From IMG/VR virus record IMGVR_UViG_3300027759_000043: a DNA stretch of 64,000 nucleotides; one strand, written 5' to 3'. This stretch comes from a virus (Duplodnaviria; Caudoviricetes). How positions within the stretch are numbered: the first letter of the stretch is position 1; each line of letters opens with the position of its first letter. A program made the translations under genes and the position numbers. The notes under the pieces are model-generated. The model was not told the origin of the DNA. It saw only the letters and a list, made by a program, of their open reading frames with translations, and ran no database searches. Below are positions 10,399-20,354 of the stretch, piece by piece.

Positions 10399-10427
10399 TT
10401 GACCAATAAATCCAAAACTGCTATAAT
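10399..10427 (+). promoter_or_regulatory. Sigma70-type promoter with extended -10
   Basis: TTGACC-17 nt-TATAAT with TG at -15/-14; SD aaggag then GTG at 10453. Confidence 0.75.
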
Positions 10428-10452
10428 TACACATAATCTTTAAGGAGTCCTT

Positions 10453-11580
10453 GTGAAACCGGTTAAACTCTTAAATCCTCGCAGTTCAGATACCAATGTC
10501 ATGGGCGGCGAACCCGCTTGGCGTGCTCAACCCACAGAAAATCGCATCAGTGCCCTAAGCAAAGCATTTTCGTGGTACAATTACTTTTACGGCAAGAAAG
10601 ATGCCCGAGACATGATTGTGAACTATTTGGAATCACATGATCGCAAGGCAGATGTGCGTTTGCTCAAGGGCGTACCTGACAGTGCAATTCGGTTAACTAC
10701 CGGTTGGTTGTGCCGCATGAAAATGGTGGGGTTGCAACTGGACGAGCATGAAGAAATCAAACTGGACAATTTACTAAAAGAAGTACTGGCCAGTAAACAA
10801 CAAGTGGTAGTAGAAGCACAGCCCACAGATGATGAGCCAGCAAAGCCAAACATTCAAGATAGACTTCGCGAAAAAGTGTCAGAGTGCGGTGCTGAACTAG
10901 AAGGTATGTTTGATGAGTTCATGTCTGCAGGTGCAAAAATGTCAGCAGACTACAAGCCCATCATGATGATCCGGGGCATGAACGTGGCACCACAAATGAT
11001 CAGTGTCATAAGTCATCACTGGAAGGCTCGACTAGAAGAGTTTGAACAGGCCATTGAGGGCAAGGATTCTCAATTGGTAGAAGCCTACAGTTTCCTGACA
11101 AAAATTCAATTGCGTAATTGCGTAAAGTTTTGCGAAGCAGTGATCAATGACTGCGGTGCTTATGTACAAATCAAGAAAGTGGAACGCAAGCCACGCAAGG
11201 TCCGAGCAGTTCCCCCAGAAAAACGTGCGGCAAAGTTCAAGATCCAGGCAGAGTTTGCAGAACTCAAACTCAAGAGCCTACCAGCCGCAAGTTTAGTGGA
11301 CCGAGCCGAAGCCTGGCTGTATGATACCAAGAAACGCAAACTGATTCACCTTGTGGCAGACAGTCACACACAGGCGTTTACTGTTAAAAACAATAGTATC
11401 ATTGGTTTTAGCACAGTAGAGACACAACAAAAAACCGTGCGCAAGCCAGCAGATGTTGTAAAGGCTGTGCAAGCCGCGGGCAAGCCAGCCGCACGTAAGA
11501 TCTACAAAGATCTAACAACTACAGAAACACCCTGGAATGCCCGGGGCACTGAGAACTTGATCATTCTCAAGTCCTGGTAA
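10453..11580 (+). CDS. Hypothetical phage protein (early-type promoter)
   Basis: 375-aa ORF, SD aaggag, basic C-terminal region. No motif assigned. Confidence 0.7.
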   Translation: MKPVKLLNPRSSDTNVMGGEPAWRAQPTENRISALSKAFSWYNYFYGKKDARDMIVNYLESHDRKADVRLLKGVPDSAIRLTTGWLCRMKMVGLQLDEHEEIKLDNLLKEVLASKQQVVVEAQPTDDEPAKPNIQDRLREKVSECGAELEGMFDEFMSAGAKMSADYKPIMMIRGMNVAPQMISVISHHWKARLEEFEQAIEGKDSQLVEAYSFLTKIQLRNCVKFCEAVINDCGAYVQIKKVERKPRKVRAVPPEKRAAKFKIQAEFAELKLKSLPAASLVDRAEAWLYDTKKRKLIHLVADSHTQAFTVKNNSIIGFSTVETQQKTVRKPADVVKAVQAAGKPAARKIYKDLTTTETPWNARGTENLIILKSW

Positions 11581-11610
11581 CGGGCTAAATATTGGGGACG
11601 GAGTTCCCTA

Positions 11611-12378
11611 ATGGCCGAAACTGAAAATTCCCTAGTTACACTTAAATCTGCATTATACGATTATGTACGCCTGACTCTAGGCGATCAAATTGTGGATCTT
11701 GAACTAGACCCTGCACACTATGAAGCCGCTTATCAGCGCACCATTGGTACCTACAGACAACGTGCCAACAATGCGTATGAAGAAAGTTACAGTTTCATGC
11801 AGTTGGTCAACCAAGTAAATATCTACACCTTACCGCAAGAAGTGCAAAGTGTACGTCAAATCTTTAGACGCACATTTGGTATTGCTACAGGACCTTTTGG
11901 AAGTAACTTTGATCCATTCAGTCAAGCACAAATGAACGTGTACTTGATCAACTTTAACCAAGCAGGTGGCTTGGCCACATACGACTTCTACTCACAGTAT
12001 GTTGAGTTGGCCGCACGTATGTTTGGTGGTTATTTGAACTACACCTGGAACCCGGTTACCAAGAAACTGCAACTGATCCGTAGCCCTCCTGGCGGCGGCG
12101 AGGTAGTGTTGCTTTGGACTTACAATCTCAAACCTGAAATACAATTGCTGAGTGATTACCAAATCCAACAGTGGATCCGTGACTACATGGTTGCGGCCTG
12201 CAAGATGATCATTGGTGAAGCACGTGAGAAGTTCTCACAAATTGCTGGTCCACAAAGTGGTAGTACTCTAAACGGTACAGCCATGAAAGCCGAAGCACAG
12301 GCCCAAATGGATGCCAAAATCCAAGAACTGGTGATGTATGTGGATGGTTCACAACCGCTTACCTTTGTAATTGGCTAA
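11611..12378 (+). CDS. gp13: Neck protein (T4 gp13-like)
   Basis: LYDYVRLTLGDQIVDLEL, WIRDYMVAACKMIIGEAREKF..IAGP...TLNG pattern. TAAATA at 11586. Confidence 0.7.
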   Translation: MAETENSLVTLKSALYDYVRLTLGDQIVDLELDPAHYEAAYQRTIGTYRQRANNAYEESYSFMQLVNQVNIYTLPQEVQSVRQIFRRTFGIATGPFGSNFDPFSQAQMNVYLINFNQAGGLATYDFYSQYVELAARMFGGYLNYTWNPVTKKLQLIRSPPGGGEVVLLWTYNLKPEIQLLSDYQIQQWIRDYMVAACKMIIGEAREKFSQIAGPQSGSTLNGTAMKAEAQAQMDAKIQELVMYVDGSQPLTFVIG

Positions 12379-12385
12379 AACGCAA

Positions 12386-12414
12386 TAGACAATCTGTTGC
12401 AGTTGTGTTACAAT
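12386..12414 (+). promoter_or_regulatory. Sigma70-type promoter
   Basis: TAGACA-17 nt-TACAAT with TG extension, 6 nt before ATG 12421. Confidence 0.55.
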
Positions 12415-12420
12415 CATCAC

Positions 12421-12942
12421 ATGGACCTGATGATTGATTTAGAGGGCTTGGCAACAGGCCCCGACACTACTATTCTTACCATAGCCGCACAGGCTTTTGA
12501 TCCTCTAGGTGACGGTTGGTACGACCAAGAATACTATGCTCGAATCACTCTAGAAAGTCAAGAAAATCGACGCATCGAACAAGGCACACTGGAATGGTGG
12601 GCAACTCAACCTGCACCTGCTAGAGACGAAGCCTTTGCCGAAGAAGGGCGTATTCCACTAGATCAAGCATTAGATGAGTTAGGCCGGTTGATTTGGCACT
12701 CCAAGATGATCTGGGCCCAAGGTCCTACATATGACTGTAACATACTTGAACACGCCTACAAGAGTTATGGCAAAGCCTTGCCTTGGAAATACTATCAGGT
12801 ACGAGATTCGAGAACTGTGTTTAGTCTGTGGCCAGAACTGCCCAAGCCTCCTACTAGTCATCATGCACTGGAAGACTGCCGCAGACAAATTGGTATGCTT
12901 CAAGACACGCTGAAATATCTCAACGTAAAGGAACTGATTTGA
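12421..12942 (+). CDS. DEDDh 3'-5' exonuclease (exonuclease VIII N-terminal/Rv2179c-like)
   Basis: MIDLEGL, WAQGPTYDCNIL, VRDSRT, HHALEDC motifs. Confidence 0.85.
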   Translation: MDLMIDLEGLATGPDTTILTIAAQAFDPLGDGWYDQEYYARITLESQENRRIEQGTLEWWATQPAPARDEAFAEEGRIPLDQALDELGRLIWHSKMIWAQGPTYDCNILEHAYKSYGKALPWKYYQVRDSRTVFSLWPELPKPPTSHHALEDCRRQIGMLQDTLKYLNVKELI

Positions 12943-13931
12943 AAATTATAAGAATAGATGATATATCTTTCAAAGATGATAATTTAGTTAACACACTCGT
13001 TGATCTGTCCAATGCACAGCCATGTGCATTTGGTATATTTTCTGAAGTATTTCTCACTAGTAAGAGGTTAGTTCCTATACTTGAACAATTGCCACCAGGA
13101 TACAAAATAGTATTAGATCGATCACACCAATCACAAGCAGTTGCTTGGCCGATTCCAGCGTTATATATAGATTGGCATTTGTTACGAGTTAACAATGCAG
13201 TAAACACAAATAAATCACAAAATAATAGTTGCTATAATCCAACCACTGGTAAATTTTTGTTTTTAACTGGTAAATCATACAAGTTACAAAGAATTAAATT
13301 GTTATGGATGTATGCTCAGGCGAATCTATTAGACCGTGCAATATGGAGTTTATTCTTAGACAACAACACTGTGGAAAAGTGTCGCAAATTTTTGCCCGAA
13401 CTTGACGAGTTAGAGTTAACAGAGTTTTTAACACAATACCAATGTAACCCAGACAACATTGAATTAGAAAGACATGAAGCACAAGTACTCTCTAGTGTCC
13501 AGTGGCAAAAAAATCTCTATGAGCAAACCAGTTTGAATGTGGTTAGCGCAACAGAATTTGTTGATAATTCTTATGACATGGTCTTATGTGAAAAAATATG
13601 GAAGCCCATTATAAACTGCCAACCTTTTATCGTTGCTGGACAACAAAATACATTAAATCGCTTGAAGGATTTAGGTTTTTTAACTTTTGAAAAGTATATG
13701 GTATACCCAGATTACAGCAACGAATCAAATACACAAGAAAAATTAAAGAAAATTGTGGCCAACACTGCTGGGTTTTTGGATAATATAAATATCTATCAAA
13801 CACAAGTGACCCAAGATGTTGAGCATAATTATAATCACTTCTTCCAAGTGGTTGATAATAATATGACACAGTTGCGAGAGTTTGTTGAAGACAATCAATT
13901 AATTTTAGACTTTACAGGAAGACATTTATGA
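12939..13931 (+). CDS. AT-rich hypothetical protein, possibly GT-B glycosyltransferase-like
   Basis: 330-aa ORF with LNVVSATEF, CEKIWKPIINCQPFIVAG, LKDLGFLTF. Visibly more AT-rich than its flanks. Confidence 0.5.
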   Translation: MKIIRIDDISFKDDNLVNTLVDLSNAQPCAFGIFSEVFLTSKRLVPILEQLPPGYKIVLDRSHQSQAVAWPIPALYIDWHLLRVNNAVNTNKSQNNSCYNPTTGKFLFLTGKSYKLQRIKLLWMYAQANLLDRAIWSLFLDNNTVEKCRKFLPELDELELTEFLTQYQCNPDNIELERHEAQVLSSVQWQKNLYEQTSLNVVSATEFVDNSYDMVLCEKIWKPIINCQPFIVAGQQNTLNRLKDLGFLTFEKYMVYPDYSNESNTQEKLKKIVANTAGFLDNINIYQTQVTQDVEHNYNHFFQVVDNNMTQLREFVEDNQLILDFTGRHL

Positions 13932-14593
13932 TCATTGGAGTATGTGGATTTATTGGCTCGGGCAAAGATACTATTGCTGATTATCTCACTAACTTTCATG
14001 GATTCCGTAGAGAATCATTTGCATCGACCTTAAAAGATGCTGTGGCACAGGTGTTTGGTTGGGATCGTACTCTATTAGAAGGGCGCACAAAACAAGCCCG
14101 TGAATGGCGTGAACAAGTGGATCCTTGGTGGGCAGAACGTTTACACATGCCCACACTAACTCCACGTTGGATCTTGCAATACTGGGGTACAGAAGTGTGC
14201 AGGGCCGGATTCCATGATGACATCTGGATTGCCAGTTTGGAAAACAAACTGCGCCACAGTCAAGATGATGTTGTGATATCAGACTGCCGTTTTCCTAACG
14301 AAATTCGTGCTATTAAAAATGCCGGCGGCCGAGTTATTCGAGTAACCCGTGGTGCAGAACCCGCTTGGTATGATGCCGCTTTGAGTGTAAATCGTGGCGC
14401 TAATGGTAATAGTACCTGGGCGCTAAGCCACAAGAAACTAGAAAAACTTGGCATCCACGCCTCAGAAACTGCTTGGGTAGGTACACAGTTTGACGCGGTA
14501 CTAGACAATAATGCTACAGTAGACGACTTATTTGCACAGATCAATGATCTGCTTGCAAGTCTCCAGGTCGCCAAGGTACCGCCAAGCGTCTAA
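13928..14593 (+). CDS. Deoxynucleoside monophosphate kinase (T4 gp1-like)
   Basis: IIGVCGFIGSGKDT P-loop, FASTLKD, TPRWILQYWGTE, ISDCRFPNE. Confidence 0.9.
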   Translation: MIIGVCGFIGSGKDTIADYLTNFHGFRRESFASTLKDAVAQVFGWDRTLLEGRTKQAREWREQVDPWWAERLHMPTLTPRWILQYWGTEVCRAGFHDDIWIASLENKLRHSQDDVVISDCRFPNEIRAIKNAGGRVIRVTRGAEPAWYDAALSVNRGANGNSTWALSHKKLEKLGIHASETAWVGTQFDAVLDNNATVDDLFAQINDLLASLQVAKVPPSV

Positions 14594-14885
14594 CTTCTTC
14601 TACGCAGTTCAGGCAGACTGTGCGTAGGTTAGATAGTTCTGTGTTGGTTAGTCGGCCATCCATATGATACACTAGTAGTTGGCTAGCATATCTTGATCTA
14701 AATCCACAACGATCACACACAGTTTTTTTCTTGTACCCTGCTGATTGCCATCTTGCTATAGGTGCTTTTTCCTTGCGCCCACGACGTATACAGTTGTCGC
14801 AGGTCTTGCGATAGTAAACAGTTTCTTCACGACGATAATTTACAGCCACTGGGCGTTGGTTACAGGCTTTGCAAGTTGGTCTCAT
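14541..14885 (-). CDS. HNH-like zinc-binding protein
   Basis: CKAC, CDNC, CDRC...YHMDGRLTN..LSNLRTVCLNC. ATG 14885 directly follows a TAAATA motif. Confidence 0.65.
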   Translation of the reverse strand: MRPTCKACNQRPVAVNYRREETVYYRKTCDNCIRRGRKEKAPIARWQSAGYKKKTVCDRCGFRSRYASQLLVYHMDGRLTNTELSNLRTVCLNCVEEVRRLAVPWRPGDLQADH

Positions 14886-14982
14886 TGAGTATTTATGGGC
14901 ACGAACCTTTATAAAGGGCATCGTAACTGGCATGGTTTTAGTCTGTTACGATAAATATCTTTAAGTTTTATAAGGAGCCAAC

Positions 14983-17900
14983 ATGGCACTAGTTTCCCCA
15001 GGTGTACAAGTCACCATCATAGATGAAAGCAATTATCTTTCAGCCGCTACAAATTCAGTACCTTACTTTTTAATTGCCACTGCGCAAGACAAAGTATCAG
15101 GATCTGGAGTAGGAGTGGCTGCCGGTACATTGGCTGCAAATGCCAATAGAGCCTATTTGATCACTAGTCAACGAGATTTGACTGCTACATTTGGCAATCC
15201 CTTCTTTTACAAGACCACTATTGGTACTCCAATCAATGGTTATGAACTCAATGAATATGGTTTACTTGCGGCTTACTCTGCATTAGGAGTGACCAACCGT
15301 GCTTATGTACAGCGTTGCGACATTGACTTAACACAACTCACAGCCAGTCTTGTACGTCCTACAGGCGAACCCGACAATGGTGCCTACTGGTTAGATACTG
15401 CCAATACATTATGGGGTATTTTTGAGTGGAATTTGACCACAGGTACCTTTAGCAATATGGTGCCAACAGTGATCACAGACACTGTGTACCTTACTGGTGG
15501 TGTTCCTTCAGACAGTTATGGTAGCATTGGCGACTATACAGTGGTAGCAACCAACACAGCCAATCCAATCTATTACAAAAATGGAGCAGCCGACAGTGAT
15601 CAAACCAGTTCCACTACATTGCAAGATTTATACAACACCTGGGTGTTAGTAGGCAGTAATGACTGGAAACTGAGTTATCCCACAGTCACAGGCGCAAATG
15701 CAGTGACCGCTGATTTGACTGCTGGAAATACATTAGTAATCAATGGTACCTCGGTTGCTGTGCCTGTAAGCCCCAACAACGATGTTGCTGGACTCAGTGC
15801 CGCAATCAACACAGCCGCTATTACTGGTGTGTACAGTGCAGTAATTGACAACAAGTTGTGTTTGTTTGCCGATGCAACTGCTCAAGCAGATGGCTCAACT
15901 GCCGACGATGGTGTTATTGTGATCAACAGTGTGGGAAGTACTGCCGGATTGATCACAACATTAGGTCTAACTACCAATGACGTTTATTATGCTCCAACAT
16001 TGCAACAAAGCCCCAGTTATCAAAACCCACGTTGGAATTCTACTGGATCAACTCCACGACCCACTGGATCAGTTTGGAACAAAATCAACAGTGTAAATCT
16101 TGGAACCACAATGGTTGTCAAGCAATACTCTACTGCACTGGCAGCATTTGTTCAACAATCAGCCACCGTATATGCCAATGACTGGACAGCCAATGCAACT
16201 CTTGACACCACTGGTGGCAAACTTATTTCAGCCGGCGCTACATATACCCAGTACAACGTAGATCCTGAGGTAAATGGCGGTCCTACCAGTAATTACCCTT
16301 TCAATCCCACTTATACACTTCAAGTATTTGAAAGATCAGTTGCGGGGCCCACAGTAATCACAGGAGACGATGACACAGCCACATTCATCAATGGTAATGC
16401 GTTCTACATCATGACTTCCGTGGCCAACAGTACAACATTGACCACTCCGGTGTTGGCCACCGTAAACGGTACAACACCCGCCGCGTTTGTAACAGCAGTG
16501 AGTGCGGCTTCAGTACCTAATGTCAGCGCCAGCATTGACAGTAATGGTTATATTGTACTCACACAAACACAAGGTGGAGTAATTCTACTGCAAAATGCCA
16601 CTGGTACTCCTGTAACTGCCGCAGGATTTAACACCACGGTCACAGGATGTCGTACAGTGTATCTTGACACAGACACCACAGTACCAATCACTGCGGCAAG
16701 TGACACATGGTTGAATTTGAGCAACTGGGTTGCCGCAACTTACACAGCCAGTGCTACAGCACCTGATCAGGATCCTGCAGATGGTCGCTACTGGTACTAC
16801 TCAGCAACCAACCAGGTTGATATCATGATTCAAAGTGGTACAGGCTGGGTTGGTTATCAAAATGAAACCAATGATGTTCGTGGAAACAATCTGAGCCTGA
16901 CAAATCCAACGGGACCAATTATTAGTGCTACTGCACCTACTACGCAAACAGATAACACAGCGTTGGTATATGGTGATATTTGGATCGACACCAGCAACTT
17001 AGAATTGTATCCAGTGATCAATCGTTGGTCAGTAGTTGAAGGAGTTGATCAATGGGTCACTCTTGACAACACAGATCAAACCACACAAAACGGTGTGTTG
17101 TTTGCAGATGCTCGCTGGAGTTCAACAGGCACAGTAAATCCTATCACTGGCGCATTACCTACTATCACAAGTTTGCTGACCAGCAACTACTTGGATGTTG
17201 ACGCACCGGACTACACACTATATCCAACAGGCATGTTGTTGTTTAACACACGCCGTTCTGGATTCAATGTCAAGAGTTTTCAAACAGATTATTTTAATGC
17301 TACAAGTTTCTCATATTCAACATGGAGTAACACAACTCAATACGCAATAGGTGATCAAGTGTTGTATAACACTACCTTGTATGTGGCAATTGCAACACCT
17401 CCTGTTGCTACAGTTCCTACAAATACTAGTTACTGGAGTGAACTAGAAGTCAACAGTTGGGTAACAGCAAGTGGCAACCGGAATGACGGTGCTCCTTACA
17501 TGGGACGCTTTGCTCAACGCGAATTGATTGTGGCTGCACTCAAGTCAGGAATTGATACCAGTGTGACCATAAGAGAAGAACAAAATCAATTCAACCTGAC
17601 AGCATGTACCGCTTATCCTGAATTGATTCCTAACATGGTAGCACTCAGCAACGAGCGCAACAACACTGTGTTTGTGGTAGGTGATACTCCAATGCGTTTG
17701 CCAGCAACAGGTGCTGATATTGTGAGTTGGGCAACCAACAACGCAGGAGCAGGCTACTTAACAGGTGATGGTTTGACCACAAGTACTCCTTACCTGGGTG
17801 TGTTCTATCCAAGTTGTCAGACAGTTGACCTGTCAGGATCTGCTGTGGTTACAGCACCAAGTCACATGATGGTTCGTACTATCATCCGCAATGACGAAGT

Positions 17901-18468
17901 GGCTTATCCATGGTTGGCACCCGCAGGTACACGTCGTGGTGTAATTGACAACGCTGATCAAATTGGTTATATCAATGGCCAAACAGGTGAGTTTGTTACA
18001 CTGGGTGTAAATCAAGCCCTGCGTGATGTGTTATATCAAAACAATATCAACCCAATTACATTTGTGCCTGGTGTGGGTATTACCAACTTTGGTAACAAAA
18101 CAACTTATGCCAATGCCACAAGTTTGGATCGCATCAACGTGGCACGTTTAGTTGTGTTTATTCGCAACAGACTCGAATCAATTGGCAAGCAGTTCTTGTT
18201 TGAGCCAAATGATCAAATCACACGTGACGAGATCAAGAATGCTGTTAACAGTCTAATGATTGACTTGGTGGCCAAGCGTGGTATCTATGACTACTTGGTT
18301 GTTTGTGATGATACCAACAACACACCAGCCAGAATTGACGCCAACGAACTATGGGTTGACATTGCAATTGAACCTGTCAAGGCAGTGGAATTTATCTATA
18401 TTCCAATTCGTCTCAAGAACACAGGCGAGATCGCAGCCGGCTCAGTGGCAGTGGCACAAGCAGTCTAA
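14983..18468 (+). CDS. gp18: Tail sheath protein (T4 gp18-like, enlarged to 1161 aa)
   Basis: MALVSPGVQVTIIDES start; C-terminal WLAPAG.RRG, NINPI, DRINVARL, FLFEPND..TR, IEPVKAVEFIYI. Confidence 0.95.
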   Translation: MALVSPGVQVTIIDESNYLSAATNSVPYFLIATAQDKVSGSGVGVAAGTLAANANRAYLITSQRDLTATFGNPFFYKTTIGTPINGYELNEYGLLAAYSALGVTNRAYVQRCDIDLTQLTASLVRPTGEPDNGAYWLDTANTLWGIFEWNLTTGTFSNMVPTVITDTVYLTGGVPSDSYGSIGDYTVVATNTANPIYYKNGAADSDQTSSTTLQDLYNTWVLVGSNDWKLSYPTVTGANAVTADLTAGNTLVINGTSVAVPVSPNNDVAGLSAAINTAAITGVYSAVIDNKLCLFADATAQADGSTADDGVIVINSVGSTAGLITTLGLTTNDVYYAPTLQQSPSYQNPRWNSTGSTPRPTGSVWNKINSVNLGTTMVVKQYSTALAAFVQQSATVYANDWTANATLDTTGGKLISAGATYTQYNVDPEVNGGPTSNYPFNPTYTLQVFERSVAGPTVITGDDDTATFINGNAFYIMTSVANSTTLTTPVLATVNGTTPAAFVTAVSAASVPNVSASIDSNGYIVLTQTQGGVILLQNATGTPVTAAGFNTTVTGCRTVYLDTDTTVPITAASDTWLNLSNWVAATYTASATAPDQDPADGRYWYYSATNQVDIMIQSGTGWVGYQNETNDVRGNNLSLTNPTGPIISATAPTTQTDNTALVYGDIWIDTSNLELYPVINRWSVVEGVDQWVTLDNTDQTTQNGVLFADARWSSTGTVNPITGALPTITSLLTSNYLDVDAPDYTLYPTGMLLFNTRRSGFNVKSFQTDYFNATSFSYSTWSNTTQYAIGDQVLYNTTLYVAIATPPVATVPTNTSYWSELEVNSWVTASGNRNDGAPYMGRFAQRELIVAALKSGIDTSVTIREEQNQFNLTACTAYPELIPNMVALSNERNNTVFVVGDTPMRLPATGADIVSWATNNAGAGYLTGDGLTTSTPYLGVFYPSCQTVDLSGSAVVTAPSHMMVRTIIRNDEVAYPWLAPAGTRRGVIDNADQIGYINGQTGEFVTLGVNQALRDVLYQNNINPITFVPGVGITNFGNKTTYANATSLDRINVARLVVFIRNRLESIGKQFLFEPNDQITRDEIKNAVNSLMIDLVAKRGIYDYLVVCDDTNNTPARIDANELWVDIAIEPVKAVEFIYIPIRLKNTGEIAAGSVAVAQAV

Positions 18469-18485
18469 CAGGACCGCTAGACACG

Positions 18486-18515
18486 AAAATGGGGTGGCAA
18501 CACCCCATTTTTTTT
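18486..18515 (+). terminator. Rho-independent terminator
   Basis: AAAATGGGGTG-GCAA-CACCCCATTTT hairpin followed by a T-run, right after the sheath gene. Confidence 0.85.
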
Positions 18516-18527
18516 GATCTCAAATGA

Positions 18528-18535
18528 TATAAATA
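18528..18535 (+). promoter_or_regulatory. T4-type late promoter (TATAAATA)
   Basis: Exact T4 gp55 consensus 20 nt upstream of the tail tube ATG, with SD aggaga. Confidence 0.8.
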
Positions 18536-18555
18536 ACACTATAGGAGATACTAAT

Positions 18556-19197
18556 ATGGCCGTTGCATCATTATCAAGAATGACAGTGCCCCTGGCAAGC
18601 GATCAAAGCGCAAGCAATCAGGGCTTGCTCATGCCCAAACTCAAATATCGCTTTCGAGTGGTATTTGAAAACTTTGGCGTGAGTACACCTAGAACAGAAT
18701 TGACCAAACAGGTCATGGACTTCAAACGTCCCACAGTGACCTTTGACCCCATTGTTATTCCAATCTACAACAGTGAACTAAAACTGTCGGGCAAACCGCA
18801 CTGGACAGATGTCACATGCACATTACGTGATGATGCATCGGGCGCCACCACTCGCCTGGTCGGCGAACAGGTTCAGAAACAAATGGACTTCTTGGAAATG
18901 GCTTCGGCTGCTTCGGGCATTGACTACAAGTTTACCACACGTTTTGAAGTATTGGATGGTGGCAATGGTGCCGCTACACCCAACATCCTTGAAACCTGGG
19001 AATTGTATGGTTGCTATCTAAGCAATGTTGACTATGGTGATGCCAGTTATGGCACTAATGATCCAATGACTATTGCAATGACCATTGTATACGACAATGC
19101 TAACCAGACACCTAACGGTACTGGCATTGGTACTGCAATTGCTAGAACAGTGAATGACGTTGTAACCGGCGCTGGTACTGCTCAGGCAGTCCAGTAA
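18556..19197 (+). CDS. gp19: Tail tube protein (T4 gp19-like)
   Basis: LMPKLKYRFRV, GKPHW.DVTCTLRDD, ETWELYGCY, IVYDNA. Immediately follows the sheath gene. Confidence 0.85.
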   Translation: MAVASLSRMTVPLASDQSASNQGLLMPKLKYRFRVVFENFGVSTPRTELTKQVMDFKRPTVTFDPIVIPIYNSELKLSGKPHWTDVTCTLRDDASGATTRLVGEQVQKQMDFLEMASAASGIDYKFTTRFEVLDGGNGAATPNILETWELYGCYLSNVDYGDASYGTNDPMTIAMTIVYDNANQTPNGTGIGTAIARTVNDVVTGAGTAQAVQ

Positions 19198-19209
19198 GGA
19201 TAAAACAAT

Positions 19210-20352
19210 ATGCAATGGGGTCAGGATTTCCTGACAGGTTTTTTTGGCGCACAAGGTCTCAAAGACTACGCACACGCCAGCAAAACCTTTAGAACCAACG
19301 GATACGAACTTGCTCCCAGGAACAAGTTCTTATTTCATGTTTACTTCAATCTCAACACAAGTGAAATCCCCACACTGCGAAATGTTTTCAGTGCTAGTGA
19401 ACAGGCTGAATTGGGACTGTTGGTCAAGACCATACAACTGCCGACCTACACACTCGATACTGAAACACTAAATCAATACAACCGCAAACGAATAATACAA
19501 AAGAAAATCAACTACATGCCAGTGTCAATGACATTTCATGATGATGGTGGTGACCTAAGTCGTAACCTTTGGTACAATTATTATTCATACTACTACAAAG
19601 ATCCTAATCAACAGTACGGATCAGCCAGCAGTCAAAACGGCACCAATGGCCAGGTGGCTAATGAACCGGGATTTTCCTACAACTCCAGAGATATCTATGC
19701 CAACAATCGTTCAGTCAACGACTGGGGCTACATCGGTGAAGGGTACAGTCAGGGCAATGCTGGAGGGTCAGGTGGAGGGTCAGGTGGAGATCAGACTTCG
19801 GGCAAGCCGCCCTTCTTTAGAGATATCACTATCTATGGAATGGATCAACACAAGTGGGCTAGTTATGTGTTGATTAATCCTCTTGTGAAAGAATGGAAAC
19901 ATGATCAATACAACTACAGCGAAGGTGGCGGCATTATGGAAAATGCTATGACTGTGGAATATGAAACTGTAAAATACTATACTGGTGCTATCGGAGGATC
20001 AAGATCTGACACCAACGTCAAAGGCTTTGCTGATCCAGCGCACTACGACAACGTTAGATCAAGTCTGGCAAGACCTGGCAGCACAAGAACTGTATTGGGG
20101 CAAGGCGGCTTGTTGGATGCTGGCATTGGTATTGTGCGAGATTTACAAACTGACAGTTTTGATCCGATTGGCGCAGTACAAAAAGCAGGCACAGTTTACA
20201 ATACATTTAAAGGTGCCAACATCAAGAGTGTGGTCAATGAAGAAGCCAATGCGGCGGTCAAGGCCGTGGTGCGCAACAGCATTCCGGGTGCAGTAAGACA
20301 ACAACAAGGTGGATCAGGAGGCTTTGTGTTTCCTAGATCGCCAGGAGCATAA
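19210..20352 (+). CDS. Tail tube-like baseplate/tube initiator protein (gp48/gp54-like)
   Basis: APRNKFLFHVYF, LVKTIQLPTY, NQYNRKR..QKKINY.PVSMTFHDD: tube-fold-like pattern, downstream of gp19. Confidence 0.55.
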   Translation: MQWGQDFLTGFFGAQGLKDYAHASKTFRTNGYELAPRNKFLFHVYFNLNTSEIPTLRNVFSASEQAELGLLVKTIQLPTYTLDTETLNQYNRKRIIQKKINYMPVSMTFHDDGGDLSRNLWYNYYSYYYKDPNQQYGSASSQNGTNGQVANEPGFSYNSRDIYANNRSVNDWGYIGEGYSQGNAGGSGGGSGGDQTSGKPPFFRDITIYGMDQHKWASYVLINPLVKEWKHDQYNYSEGGGIMENAMTVEYETVKYYTGAIGGSRSDTNVKGFADPAHYDNVRSSLARPGSTRTVLGQGGLLDAGIGIVRDLQTDSFDPIGAVQKAGTVYNTFKGANIKSVVNEEANAAVKAVVRNSIPGAVRQQQGGSGGFVFPRSPGA

Positions 20353-20354
20353 TC

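Noticed and set aside
19765-19790. 12-nt tandem repeat ggtcaggtggag; also the 15-nt tandem repeat near 33504 in gp32
   Set aside because: They encode ordinary flexible linkers (GGSGGGSGG; APVATAPVA).
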